This document shows positions 30,515-40,480 of a stretch of 64,000 bases of DNA, one piece after another; the first letter of the stretch is position 1, and the number at the start of each line of letters is the position of its first letter. The notes beneath the pieces were generated by a model. It did no database searches. It had not been told where the DNA came from and was given only the letters and a program-made list of their open reading frames with translations. The position numbers and the translations under genes were made by a program. Source of the stretch: Candidatus Micrarchaeota archaeon (GTDB lineage: Archaea > Micrarchaeota > Micrarchaeia > Micrarchaeales > Micrarchaeaceae); the NCBI GenBank assembly GCA_021785805.1, contig JAJYEJ010000001.1, positions 1,940 through 65,939 on the forward strand, in the 5' to 3' direction.

Positions 30515-30669
30515 TCAAATCCCTGCTCCTACGTAGAATCAGGCTGCAAGCCTTTTACTCCGTATTTGTTAGTATAAGACTAATCCATATTTATAATACT
30601 TTCTATGGCTAACGTCGGTCGTTCTCCGTCTGGCGCGCTACCATGACGGTGTTCTGACTGTCGCTATCG

Positions 30670-31584
30670 CTATTGGTCCTGCCCGTACCTTCTTGCAGCG
30701 ATGCCATGCCAGAATGTCGTATGTTTTAACAATTTTCTGACATGCCTACCCATAAGCGGACGCTTGCTGAAGCCCTTTGACAGCTCGTCCACCTTCCCGA
30801 TGGCGCCTTCGGTGAGATTGAATGTGGCTGCGCCCGCGTTTTCCGCCATGTGCTTTGCGGAGCTGGCTTTCGGTATGGCCACCACAGGCTTCTTCGATAT
30901 GAGCCAGTTGAGAGCCACCTGTGTCCCTGTCTTCCCATGAGGCTCGCCGATCGCGTCAAGTCCCGATAGAAGAGCCGCATTCCTTCTTTCATAGAGCTGC
31001 CCTTCCCCAAGCGGGCTATATGCTATCAGCGTTATATTGTTCCTCTTACAGTAATCGACAAGCCCGTCCTCTTCATGTTCCCTCATCAGTATGCTGTATT
31101 CTACCTGATTTGAAACTACTTCGCCGTGATTCAGTGCAGCCTGTGCATCCTCAAGCTCCTTAGCGGAGAAATTGCTTACCCCTATGTGGCGTATCTTTCC
31201 CTCTTTCTGGAGATGCTCGAGAGCTGACATCGTATCTTCGATGGGGACGGTGTAATTCGGATAATGCAGTTGGTATAGCCATATCTGCTTTATGCCAAGC
31301 CGTTTCAGGCTGCCGTTGCAAGCATCTATCAAATCCTGATAATGGAAGTGATTGGGCCATACCTTCGACGCCACGTGTATGTCATCCCGGCCGATTCTGT
31401 CCAGGACCTTTCCGACTATGCCCTCGGTGCCGTATATCTCTGCCGTATCGATTAGGTTTATACCGTTGTCGACACCCGAACAGACGATTTCGTGAGCAGC
31501 CTTTTCGTTCAAGTCCAGCTGCCATGTCCCTATTCCGATCGCAGATATGCGTTCCTTTGTCCTTCCAAGATATTTGTATTCCAC
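30670..31584 (-). CDS. Aldo/keto reductase
   Basis: IGIGTW, IDTAEIYG, IRHIGVSNFS, IAYSPL, IPKA. Confidence 0.95.
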   Translation of the reverse strand: MEYKYLGRTKERISAIGIGTWQLDLNEKAAHEIVCSGVDNGINLIDTAEIYGTEGIVGKVLDRIGRDDIHVASKVWPNHFHYQDLIDACNGSLKRLGIKQIWLYQLHYPNYTVPIEDTMSALEHLQKEGKIRHIGVSNFSAKELEDAQAALNHGEVVSNQVEYSILMREHEEDGLVDYCKRNNITLIAYSPLGEGQLYERRNAALLSGLDAIGEPHGKTGTQVALNWLISKKPVVAIPKASSAKHMAENAGAATFNLTEGAIGKVDELSKGFSKRPLMGRHVRKLLKHTTFWHGIAARRYGQDQ

Positions 31585-31618
31585 GGTAAAATCCCGTCTG
31601 GCTTATCCGCTTTATTGC

Positions 31619-32128
31619 CTACCTTATCTTCTCGAGGTGTATACCCTTCTCGTTCGGCAGTATCTTGTATTGCGCATTCTCGAAGTGCAGGGCAAGCTCC
31701 CTGCCCTCATAGAAGACATGGAGGAATACGGAAACGGCTGCGGATGTGCAATGAGGCTGCGTGGTTATGCTTACGTTGAAGTCGGCAAGCTGGTGCACCT
31801 TCTTCATTGGCTCCATCATCGTAACTATGACTAGCAGGTTCTTGTAGGTCTTGAGCGTGTACAACACCTTGTTGAGAGGGACGCCATAGCGCGTAAGATG
31901 TATCTTGGTGTAATTCTTCTTCGAGTAGACGTATTCCTCCCAATTAGTCGTGAACGATACGATGAATGTTCCACCCCATTTCTTGCTTATGCGCTCGAAC
32001 TGCTTTATCAGCTTCTCGCTCTTCTTGCCGGTGAATGTTATCTCTGACGCGCCGAATGCCCTAGCTGCCATGCAGAGGTCCTCACGCGTCTCAGGTGTGG
32101 CGTTACCTATGGCCAATACGCTTATCAT
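31619..32128 (-). CDS. trm56: tRNA (cytidine-56-2'-O)-methyltransferase-like SPOUT protein, divergent
   Basis: ARAFGA, KWGGTF, IHLTRYG, ADFNVSITTQPH; several conserved residues altered. Confidence 0.78.
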   Translation of the reverse strand: MISVLAIGNATPETREDLCMAARAFGASEITFTGKKSEKLIKQFERISKKWGGTFIVSFTTNWEEYVYSKKNYTKIHLTRYGVPLNKVLYTLKTYKNLLVIVTMMEPMKKVHQLADFNVSITTQPHCTSAAVSVFLHVFYEGRELALHFENAQYKILPNEKGIHLEKIR

Positions 32129-32182
32129 CCGTCATTCACCCACGTTTACAAATGACAGGCAAGCTTAATAAACCTCTTATCT

Positions 32183-34663
32183 TTATACGGCGTTGCCATC
32201 GGTCAGGATGCCTGAGCCTCCAGGATGAGCGTCTGGCATACCGGGAAAGTCCGGAGACAGCTGCACGGTCTTTGCATCCACAAGCTTTGCCCCGGGGTCT
32301 ATGCGCATGAGCCTTACCCCGGATGCAGCCCTTCCGGTCTTCCTTATATCGGATACCGGGAACTGTATCGATAAGCCTTTGGAATTTATTAGTATTATCG
32401 CTTCGTTATCGCTTACCTTTAGGGCCTTGACCACATAGCCTGTCTTGTCCTTTACCTTCATGTTGATTACACCCTTGCCTCCCCTCCCTTGAAGCCTATA
32501 CCTGTTGAGCTCCGTTATCTTCCCGAACCCTTTCTCGGATACGGAAGCGATAAGGTCGTTGGCAGAGGCGGTTATCACATTGACCACATCATCGTCCTGC
32601 GCCAGTTTTATCCCGCGCACGCCGTAAGCTGCCCTTCCCATCTCCCTGACGTCGCTCTCCTCGAAGCGGAGCGCCTTGCCCTTTCTTGACACTATGAGGA
32701 GGTTCGACCTTCCGTTTGATATGCAGATGTCCGCAAGGGAGTCTCCCTGATCGAGCGGCATGGCAAGGATGCCACTGGTCCTGGGCCTTGAGAATCTCTC
32801 CGCCTTCACCCTCTTGACTGTACCCCTCTTCGTAATGAAAGTCAGGTAGCTATCCTGGAACACCTTTGTGTTTATGATCTTTTCCACTACCTCGCCCTCA
32901 GATAACTTGACAAGGTTGACCGCAGCTTTGCCATGGCTGTACCTTGTCTCTTCTGGGACGCGATACGCTTTGAGCCAATAAGCCCTTCCCCTGTTGGTCA
33001 CGATGAGCAGGAAGTCCTTTGTCCTGCATGAGAGTATCTGCTTTACGAAATCCCCCTCTCTGAGTTCTATGGCGATTATGCCTTTGCCACCCCTGCTCTG
33101 TGCACGGTAGGACTTGGTCGGCAGCCTCTTCATATAGTTGTTTTTCGTAAGTATGATCGTCGTCTCATCGTCGCTTATGAGATCCTCTTGCTCCAGCTCC
33201 TCCCCTTCATTATGCTCTATGGATGTGCGCCTGTCCCTACCATACTTCGCGCTGATGTCGCTGGTCTCCTCCTCTATTATCCGATAGACCTTCTCCTCGC
33301 TGGACAGTATGCCTTTGTAGGTCTCGATTCTGGAGGCGAGGTCTGTCTTCTCGGTCGCGAGGGATGTGCTTTCTAATGCGGTAAGCTTGCTGAGCTTCAT
33401 GTCTAGTATGGCATTAGCCTGCTTTTCAGATAAGCTGAAGTTCGACATTAGTGATGCCCTTGCCTCCTTCATGTCGGAGCTTTTCCTGATTGTCGCTACG
33501 ACCCTGTCTATGTCCCCTATCGCCACAAGAAGGCCTTCTACTATGTGCAGCCTGTCCGAGGCGACGTCCAGGTCGTACTTGGTCCTGTTCCTTATGACCT
33601 CTATGCGATGGTCTACGAAGGTCTTGATGAACTGCTTGATGTTGAATGTTATAAGCGAGTTCTTGATCACAGCTATGTTCATCACTGGCATTGATGTCTG
33701 AAGCTGTGTATGCTTGTATAGCGTGTTCGTTATCAGGTCCGGGCTCGCATCCTTCTTCAGGTCGATGGCTATGCGTATCCCTTCCTTGCTGCTCTCGTCC
33801 CTCAGGTCGCTGATCCCCAGGAGCTGCTTATCTTTCACGAGCTCCGCTATCTTCTGGACGAGTGTCGCCTTGTTCACCATGAATGGTATCTCCTTTATCA
33901 CTATAGTCGTGCCTTTCTTTCCGGTCTCTATTTCGACCTTGCCCCGGGTTATGCACGAACCTCTTCCGTTTAGATAGGAGGCGGCGAGCATGCTGTTGTG
34001 GAACACGATTCCCCCGGTTGGGAAATCAGGTCCCTTGACATGTTGCATGAGTTCTTGTGGAGTTATCTCTTTGTTCTTTATGTAAGCGATTATTGCGCTG
34101 CACACCTCACGCAGGTTGTGCGGCAGTATGTTGGTTGCGACGCCCACCGCTATCCCTGATGCCCCATTCACCATGAGATTAGGCACCTTCGATGGAAGCA
34201 CAAGAGGCTCCTCCTCAGTGTTGTCGAAGTTTGGCGCGAACTGGACAGCCTTTTTATCAAGGTCTTCAAGCATCTCCTCAGCGAGCTTGTTTAGCTTGAC
34301 TTCGGTGTAACGCTGGGCAGCCGGTGGATCTCCGTCGATTGAGCCCATATTGCCTTGGCCCTGCACAAGCGTGTGATTCATTGAGAAATCCTGTGCCATC
34401 CTGACAAGGGTCTCATAAGCGGCTATGTCGCCATGCGGGTGGAACCTTCCTATCACGGTACCTACGACCCTTGCGCTCTTTATCGTCGGTTTGTCGTGGG
34501 TGTTGCCTAGCTGCTGCATGGCATATAGTGTTCTCCTCTGCGCAGGCTTGAGCCCGTCTCTTGCATCTGGGAGCGCCCTGCCTACGATTACGCTCATCGC
34601 GTAGTCTATGTAGGAACTCTGCATCTCCCTTTCTATCTGTGATTCAACTATCTCTTCCGTCAT
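32183..34663 (-). CDS. gyrA: DNA gyrase subunit A
   Basis: RALPDARDGLKP, HPHGD, AAQRYTE catalytic Tyr, GyrA-box QSRGGKG. Confidence 0.97.
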   Translation of the reverse strand: MTEEIVESQIEREMQSSYIDYAMSVIVGRALPDARDGLKPAQRRTLYAMQQLGNTHDKPTIKSARVVGTVIGRFHPHGDIAAYETLVRMAQDFSMNHTLVQGQGNMGSIDGDPPAAQRYTEVKLNKLAEEMLEDLDKKAVQFAPNFDNTEEEPLVLPSKVPNLMVNGASGIAVGVATNILPHNLREVCSAIIAYIKNKEITPQELMQHVKGPDFPTGGIVFHNSMLAASYLNGRGSCITRGKVEIETGKKGTTIVIKEIPFMVNKATLVQKIAELVKDKQLLGISDLRDESSKEGIRIAIDLKKDASPDLITNTLYKHTQLQTSMPVMNIAVIKNSLITFNIKQFIKTFVDHRIEVIRNRTKYDLDVASDRLHIVEGLLVAIGDIDRVVATIRKSSDMKEARASLMSNFSLSEKQANAILDMKLSKLTALESTSLATEKTDLASRIETYKGILSSEEKVYRIIEEETSDISAKYGRDRRTSIEHNEGEELEQEDLISDDETTIILTKNNYMKRLPTKSYRAQSRGGKGIIAIELREGDFVKQILSCRTKDFLLIVTNRGRAYWLKAYRVPEETRYSHGKAAVNLVKLSEGEVVEKIINTKVFQDSYLTFITKRGTVKRVKAERFSRPRTSGILAMPLDQGDSLADICISNGRSNLLIVSRKGKALRFEESDVREMGRAAYGVRGIKLAQDDDVVNVITASANDLIASVSEKGFGKITELNRYRLQGRGGKGVINMKVKDKTGYVVKALKVSDNEAIILINSKGLSIQFPVSDIRKTGRAASGVRLMRIDPGAKLVDAKTVQLSPDFPGMPDAHPGGSGILTDGNAV

Positions 34664-34670
34664 GTCAAAC

Positions 34671-35201
34671 TCACAACTCTTTGTACATCAGGTAATCCGG
34701 GTAGTATTTGCCGTTTCTTCTCAGCCTGCGCGGTATGGTGCCTGCTATCTTAAAGCCAAACCTGTCAAGCAGCCTCTTCGATGGGACGTTGCTTGTCATT
34801 ACATATGTTTGTATCAGCGTGAACTTCTTCTTGCTTCGATCCATGACGTCCTTCATAAGGGCCTTGCCTATCCCAATTCCCCTGTAGTCCTTGCGCACCG
34901 TCATGTCCAGTTCCCCCACATGCCCCACCTCAGAGCCGGGCCAATTGCACTTCACATTGCACATCCCAACCACCTCCCCATCGGCTTCCGCTACAGAAGC
35001 TATTGGATTCCCCTTCTCCAGGTCCCTGAACCACCATATCTCCGTTTGCAGCAATTCCCCTTCTGTAGGTTTCTTCTTGGCCAATGCCTCTCCGAGAAGC
35101 GGGGTGCGCTTCTCTCCATAAAGGGAGCGGTATAGCCTTGCAATGCTGAGGATATCGTCTATCCCCATCTGGCGTATCCTATATCCCTGTTTGCGCTGCA
35201 T
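34671..35201 (-). CDS. GNAT family N-acetyltransferase
   Basis: Motif A VRKDYRGIGIGKALM, N..SKRLLDRFGF. Confidence 0.9.
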   Translation of the reverse strand: MQRKQGYRIRQMGIDDILSIARLYRSLYGEKRTPLLGEALAKKKPTEGELLQTEIWWFRDLEKGNPIASVAEADGEVVGMCNVKCNWPGSEVGHVGELDMTVRKDYRGIGIGKALMKDVMDRSKKKFTLIQTYVMTSNVPSKRLLDRFGFKIAGTIPRRLRRNGKYYPDYLMYKEL

Positions 35202-35205
35202 TGAA

Positions 35206-37131
35206 TCACACGTCGAGGAACTTCACTTCAGTGGAGTGCTCCTCAAGGAAGCGCCTCCTCTGTTCCACATCAAGTCCCATTAGTATCGTGAACATCGTGT
35301 TGGCCATCTCAGTATCGCCGATTGTTATCTTCTTAAGGACCCTGTGCTTTGGATCCATGGTTGTTTCCCATAGCTGGTCAGGATTCATCTCTCCGAGACC
35401 CTTGTACCTCTGCACCGTCGCTTTACCATCGTATGCTTTCATAATCTCGTTTAGCTGAGCATCGGAGTAGGCATACTTTGTCTCCCTGCCCTTCGTCACC
35501 TTGTAGAGCGGAGGTTGCCCTATGTAGATATTGCCTTTTTCTATGAGCGGTCGCAGGTACCTGTAGAAAAACGTGAGCAGAAGGGTTCTTATGTGGCTTC
35601 CATCTACGTCCGCATCGGTAAGCAGTATTATTCTTTTGTACCTTAGCCCTTCAGCATTGAACGATTCCTTTATGCCAGCGCCGAAAGCCGTTACCATCGT
35701 ATGAAGCTCCGCATTCCCGAATATCTTCTCCTCTGTTGCCTTCTCCACGTTTAGTATCTTGCCTTTGAGAGGCAGTATTGCCTGGGTGAACCTGTCACGC
35801 GCCTGCTTGCTCGATCCAGCTGCACTTTCCCCCTCCACTATGAATATCTCGGACTTCTCTGGATCGCTCTCCGTGCAGTCTGCAAGTTTTCCCGGAAGCA
35901 CCGCGCCCTCGAACATGCTCTTCTTCCTTGCAAGCTCCCTGGCCCTACGGGCCGATTCCCTAGCATCGGCGGCAGCCATGACCTTTGCTATTATCTTTGC
36001 AACCTCTGCTGGGGTCTCTTCAAAGTACTTCGATAGTTCGTTGTAGGTGGTGTTCTCCACTACCGTCTTTATCGAAGGGTTGCCAAGCTTCTCCTTTGTC
36101 TGTCCCTCGAATTCAGGGTTCTGCATCATTATAGAGATTATCACCACAAGACCCTCTCGTGTGTCCTCGCCTTCCACATTTGTGCCGTTATCCTTCCCGT
36201 TCCTTTTGTTCTTCTGCATGTAGTTTGTTATTGCCCTCGTCAATGCGCTGTGGAATCCGGTGACATGAGTGCCTCCTTCGGTGGTCTTTATATTGTTGAC
36301 AAATGAAAGCAGCTCCTCGCTGTATGAATTCACATACTGCGCAGCTATCTCCACTCTTACCGTGTCGGTCTGCTTCTTTATCACGATCGGCTTTGTGACC
36401 TCTTCCTTCCCGTTTTTCAGGTAGTTTATGAAATCAGGCATGCCGCTCTTTGAGAAGTACTCCTTAACCTTGTGCTCGCCGTCACGCTCGTCTATCAGGG
36501 TTATGTTTATGCCGGGGTTAAGGAACGACAGATCTCTGAGCCGCTCGGTAAGCTCTATAGTATCGAAGCTCCTTGCCGAAAATATTTCTATATCAGGCTT
36601 GAACTTTATGGTCGTACCGGATTCGTTCTCCGGAGCTGTACCTATGGCCTCGAGCTCCGATGTGACGGCGCCTCTGCTGAACCTCTGCCTATGCACCTTC
36701 CCGTCCCTTTTCACGGTCACTTCGGTGTACTCAGATAAGGAGTTCACCACGGTAAGACCGACCCCATGGAGTCCGCCCGATACCTTGTACGCCTTGTTCT
36801 CGAACTTCCCTCCCGAATGCAACGAGGTCATTATAACTTCGAGAGCGGGCTTTCCCACCTTTGGTATTATATCGACAGGTATGCCTCTGCCGTTATCGTT
36901 GACCTCGGCGACATCTGAGTTGTCCTCCTTGCTGAGCCTTATCACGATCTTGTCTGCGAAGCCGGCAGTTGCTTCGTCTATGGCGTTGTCAAGCACTTCA
37001 TAGAGCAGGTGAAGGAAGCCCCCGCTGCCTGTAGAGCCTATGTACATAGCTGGCCTTTTTCGAACTCCCTGTGGTCCGGAAAGCACCACTATGTCCTTTG
37101 CACTATACTCATTACCCTGCATCAAAACCAT
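35206..37131 (-). CDS. gyrB: DNA gyrase subunit B
   Basis: VRKRPAMYIG, DNGRGIP, SGGLHGVG, IVEGESA, DADVDGSHI, RYKGLGEMN. Confidence 0.97.
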   Translation of the reverse strand: MVLMQGNEYSAKDIVVLSGPQGVRKRPAMYIGSTGSGGFLHLLYEVLDNAIDEATAGFADKIVIRLSKEDNSDVAEVNDNGRGIPVDIIPKVGKPALEVIMTSLHSGGKFENKAYKVSGGLHGVGLTVVNSLSEYTEVTVKRDGKVHRQRFSRGAVTSELEAIGTAPENESGTTIKFKPDIEIFSARSFDTIELTERLRDLSFLNPGINITLIDERDGEHKVKEYFSKSGMPDFINYLKNGKEEVTKPIVIKKQTDTVRVEIAAQYVNSYSEELLSFVNNIKTTEGGTHVTGFHSALTRAITNYMQKNKRNGKDNGTNVEGEDTREGLVVIISIMMQNPEFEGQTKEKLGNPSIKTVVENTTYNELSKYFEETPAEVAKIIAKVMAAADARESARRARELARKKSMFEGAVLPGKLADCTESDPEKSEIFIVEGESAAGSSKQARDRFTQAILPLKGKILNVEKATEEKIFGNAELHTMVTAFGAGIKESFNAEGLRYKRIILLTDADVDGSHIRTLLLTFFYRYLRPLIEKGNIYIGQPPLYKVTKGRETKYAYSDAQLNEIMKAYDGKATVQRYKGLGEMNPDQLWETTMDPKHRVLKKITIGDTEMANTMFTILMGLDVEQRRRFLEEHSTEVKFLDV

Positions 37132-37338
37132 CGACGGTAAAACGGTTCAAAACTCGCCTTATAATTACTCTGCTTTTCAGCTTTAAAACCCTTTCGGTAC
37201 ATGGTAGTTTTGGATATGGCAGGTGCCGTAAAAATACCGTGGGCTCTGCGCTTAGAAGAGCGCGAGTAGGCTATAAGCATAGACTTAACCTTATGTACCA
37301 CCTTATGTACCAACCGGAGAACGAGCGTGTGCATGAAA

Positions 37339-37413
37339 CGGGTCTGGAGGGATTTGAACCCTCGACCTACTGGTTAAGAGCCAGCCGCTCTGACCATGCT
37401 GAGCTACAGACCC
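37339..37413 (-). tRNA. tRNA-Lys(CTT), no intron, CCA not encoded
   Basis: Full cloverleaf: GGGTCTG acceptor, GCTGG-CTCTTAA-CCAGT anticodon arm, GAGGG-TTCAAAT-CCCTC T arm. Confidence 0.96.
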
Positions 37414-37468
37414 ACACAGCACTATGCTTGCACATTAACATTTATTAAGTTTCTGAGACTTCGGTAAT

Positions 37469-38587
37469 TTAGAGAAACTCCTTGATTGCGTTAATCGCCT
37501 TCTCTGTGTTCTGCCTTCCACATGCCACAAGCAGCCGTCTTCTGCTCCCTATCATCCCTTCCAAGGTGGTTACCAGAGGCGAAAGCTCATAGAGCGTGCC
37601 TACCTTCGACCCGTCTTTCGCGACCACTTGCAGGTCATGGCCGCTGGGCTTGAACTCTATCATCCTTGCGATGAAGTCCTCCCTGCCTAGGCCTGCCTTT
37701 GAGAGCTTCCCTGCAACTTCCTCCATCTTGACGTCCTTTCCGATACCCGTATAGCATACCTTCTTGAAAAGTTTCCTTGAGACGATGTCAGATACCAGCG
37801 ATGCCGGTTTTCCTCCCCCACTGATGATTGCGCCTAACATCTGCTCGTCATTAAATGATTTCAATGCATCAGCCGGCACCCTTTTCTCTTCTATCGCTAT
37901 GTCGAGCGCATTCTCGTACATGCCACCAGCGATCAGTATCGTCTTGTGGTGGTATACCGAAGAGAACATGAAGTATCTTGCAAGGAGGAGGGTTTCCGCG
38001 CCAGTCAATCCGTCGCTGTACACGGCAAGCTTGCCGTTCGACAAAGTCAGCTTCAGCCGTATCCTTGGATAGTCTATTATGCCATAGGCGACCCCTGTGT
38101 AGTGTGCATCCCTGTTCAGGTAGTCTATCCTATCCGAGCCTATTACGCCGCTGACCAGAACTCCCTCGCCACGCCCTTTCATATATTCAATCATCTTCTG
38201 GTGTGACAATGTGGATCCCTGGATTACATCCTTGAGCGACGTGCTCGAAAGCATCTGTATGCCAAGCTCCTCGTGAGTTGTCTTGAGATGCTTCTTCAGA
38301 AGGTCGTCAGACTGGTGTGAGAAGGCGCCGTGGCCGACATCGTGCAGAAGACCTACGCATATGAGCTCTTCATCGTTCTTTCCCAGAACGCTTTCGGACA
38401 GCTCCCTTGTTATCTGCATTGTGCCCAGTGAGTGCTCGAAACGAGTATGGTTCGCGCCCGGATACACAAGGTCCGCTAGACCAAGTTGCTTTACCCTTCT
38501 AAGCCGCTGGAAATTAAGGTCATCAAGTATGGCTTTCTCCGTATCGTCGATCCGTATATCTGAATGGACAGGGTCTCTTATGTTCAT
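37469..38587 (-). CDS. HD-superfamily phosphohydrolase (dNTPase/SAMHD1-like)
   Basis: IRDPVH, QRLRRVKQLG, HTRFEHSLG, LLHDVGHGAFSH, DRIDYLNRD, VYHHK. Confidence 0.92.
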   Translation of the reverse strand: MNIRDPVHSDIRIDDTEKAILDDLNFQRLRRVKQLGLADLVYPGANHTRFEHSLGTMQITRELSESVLGKNDEELICVGLLHDVGHGAFSHQSDDLLKKHLKTTHEELGIQMLSSTSLKDVIQGSTLSHQKMIEYMKGRGEGVLVSGVIGSDRIDYLNRDAHYTGVAYGIIDYPRIRLKLTLSNGKLAVYSDGLTGAETLLLARYFMFSSVYHHKTILIAGGMYENALDIAIEEKRVPADALKSFNDEQMLGAIISGGGKPASLVSDIVSRKLFKKVCYTGIGKDVKMEEVAGKLSKAGLGREDFIARMIEFKPSGHDLQVVAKDGSKVGTLYELSPLVTTLEGMIGSRRRLLVACGRQNTEKAINAIKEFL

Positions 38588-39045
38588 TTGTGCACCTTGC
38601 CCGACGGTTTTATCACGAAGTATGTCATTGCTAGGATTACGATGATTAGTATGTCTGCGCTTGAGCACCATATACATATGGCATCAAGCAGAGTGAACGC
38701 GGTAAGCGAGTATGCCACCCCTACTATCCCGGCAAGAGACCATAAGAACTTTATGTTGTCATTCCGGTGGATAAGCGCGAAAGGTGCAACGATGAACCAG
38801 ATTAGCAACAGCACAGCTGTGGGCACACCGTAGAACGAGGAATAGACGCTGGTCAATACAGTGGAGCAGTTCACGATCCCGCTAGTAGGGCACACCAATA
38901 TGCTGTTGTTGTAGTGTTCTATGGTCAGGTATATCGAAATAACCACGCCGAGAGCAGCTAAGATATAGAACGCTGTTTTTTTGCTTTTCATTTTAGATGC
39001 TGCCTTTGTGTTTTTTCTTCTTGATGTTGTTTTTTTATGTCTCAT
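38584..39045 (-). CDS. Vitamin K epoxide reductase (VKOR) family protein
   Basis: Loop Cys pair (CPTSGIVNC), four TM helices, CIWC. Confidence 0.88.
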   Translation of the reverse strand: MRHKKTTSRRKNTKAASKMKSKKTAFYILAALGVVISIYLTIEHYNNSILVCPTSGIVNCSTVLTSVYSSFYGVPTAVLLLIWFIVAPFALIHRNDNIKFLWSLAGIVGVAYSLTAFTLLDAICIWCSSADILIIVILAMTYFVIKPSGKVHK

Positions 39046-39078
39046 CTTCTATACCTCGTTCTATTCTTTTTCGTCCAT

Positions 39079-40419
39079 TCATCTCTTTCGCTTTGGTTTC
39101 TTGATAACATTTCCGGCGAACCTCTTTATCGCCTCGTCGAAGGCGCTGCCCCTTGGGACAAGATCGTAGTAGACCTGCGCTATCGGCTTGTTCGCGTTTA
39201 TCAGGTGCCTTATGTTGGTGGGCGTCGCCGATATCACAGTATCGCAATCAGCCCTATTTATCGTCATTTCCAGATCTTTTATCTGTTTTGGGCTGTAACC
39301 CATGGCAGGCAATTCCTTCTCGAGCTTGGTGTACTTTTCAAAGGTTTCTTTTATAGTGCCAGTGGCATACGGTTTAGCATCTATTATCTCGCCTGCGCCG
39401 TACTGTCTCGCGGCGACCGTGCCGGCGCCATACTGAAGGCCGCCATGTGTTATGGATGGGCCATCCTCCACAACCAATACCCTCTTTCCCGCTATGAGCT
39501 TAGGGTTGTCGGCTCTCACCACGGAATCCGCCAGTACCACCTTGGCCTTGCCGTTTATCCTTTGAAGATTATCGGTAACCCTTGTTATCTGCTCGGATGA
39601 CGCCGAATTCACCTTGTTTATCAGTATTATGTCGGCCATCCTCGCCACAGTCTCCCCAGGGTAATATGTAAGTTCATTTCCAGCCCTGAGCGGGTCCGCT
39701 ACCGTTATCATTAGATCGGGTTTTATGAAAGGGGCATCGTTGTTTCCGCCATCCCATATTATTATGTCGGCTTCCTTTTCAGCCTGGTCCAGTATCTCCT
39801 GGTAGTCCACGCCTGCGTACACTACCGTGCCGTTCCTTATCAACGGCTCGTACTCCTCCCTTTCTTCTATGGTGGTCTTGTACCTGTCCAGGTCCTTAAG
39901 GGTCTTGAAGCGCTCGGCTATCTGCTCATTGAGTATCCCATAAGGCATAGGGTGCCTTATCGCCACAGCGGTTATGCCCATCTTGGCAAGCATGCTGCTT
40001 ATGTAACGCGTAGTCTGGCTCTTTCCTGACCCTGTCCTTACTGCGCACACGGCCACCACAGGCTTCTTCGATTTTATCATCGTATGGTCTGGAGAGACCA
40101 ACCAGAAGTCGGCCCCAGTCGCATTGACCAGGCTCGCCTTTTCCATTACCTCGTCATAGCTCAAGTCGCTGTACGACATGACGCATGCATCAGCCTTCAG
40201 GCTCTTTATCAGGCGTGGCAGCTCGCTCTCGTCGTATATCTTGATTCCTTTCGGATAAAATGGCCCGCTGAGCTCCTTTGGATAACTCCGCCCGGATATG
40301 TACGGGATCTGAGCCGCCGTAAACGCAACAACGTTGTAATCCTTGCTGTTCCTGAAAAGAACGTTGAAGTTGTGGAAATCCCTTCCCGCTGCCCCGATTA
40401 TTATAATTCGTTTCTGCAT
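39079..40419 (-). CDS. COG2403 P-loop synthetase (cyclic 2,3-diphosphoglycerate synthetase / arginine synthetase-like)
   Basis: GAAGRDFHNFN, AVRTGSGKS, IRHPMPYG, TIEEREEYE, WDGGNND, VEDGP. Confidence 0.85.
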   Translation of the reverse strand: MQKRIIIIGAAGRDFHNFNVLFRNSKDYNVVAFTAAQIPYISGRSYPKELSGPFYPKGIKIYDESELPRLIKSLKADACVMSYSDLSYDEVMEKASLVNATGADFWLVSPDHTMIKSKKPVVAVCAVRTGSGKSQTTRYISSMLAKMGITAVAIRHPMPYGILNEQIAERFKTLKDLDRYKTTIEEREEYEPLIRNGTVVYAGVDYQEILDQAEKEADIIIWDGGNNDAPFIKPDLMITVADPLRAGNELTYYPGETVARMADIILINKVNSASSEQITRVTDNLQRINGKAKVVLADSVVRADNPKLIAGKRVLVVEDGPSITHGGLQYGAGTVAARQYGAGEIIDAKPYATGTIKETFEKYTKLEKELPAMGYSPKQIKDLEMTINRADCDTVISATPTNIRHLINANKPIAQVYYDLVPRGSAFDEAIKRFAGNVIKKPKRKR

Positions 40420-40480
40420 TTCCCCACCTTGAGTTTTATAACGAAGAAAACATTATTAAGTGTTCCAGGCAATTGATATT

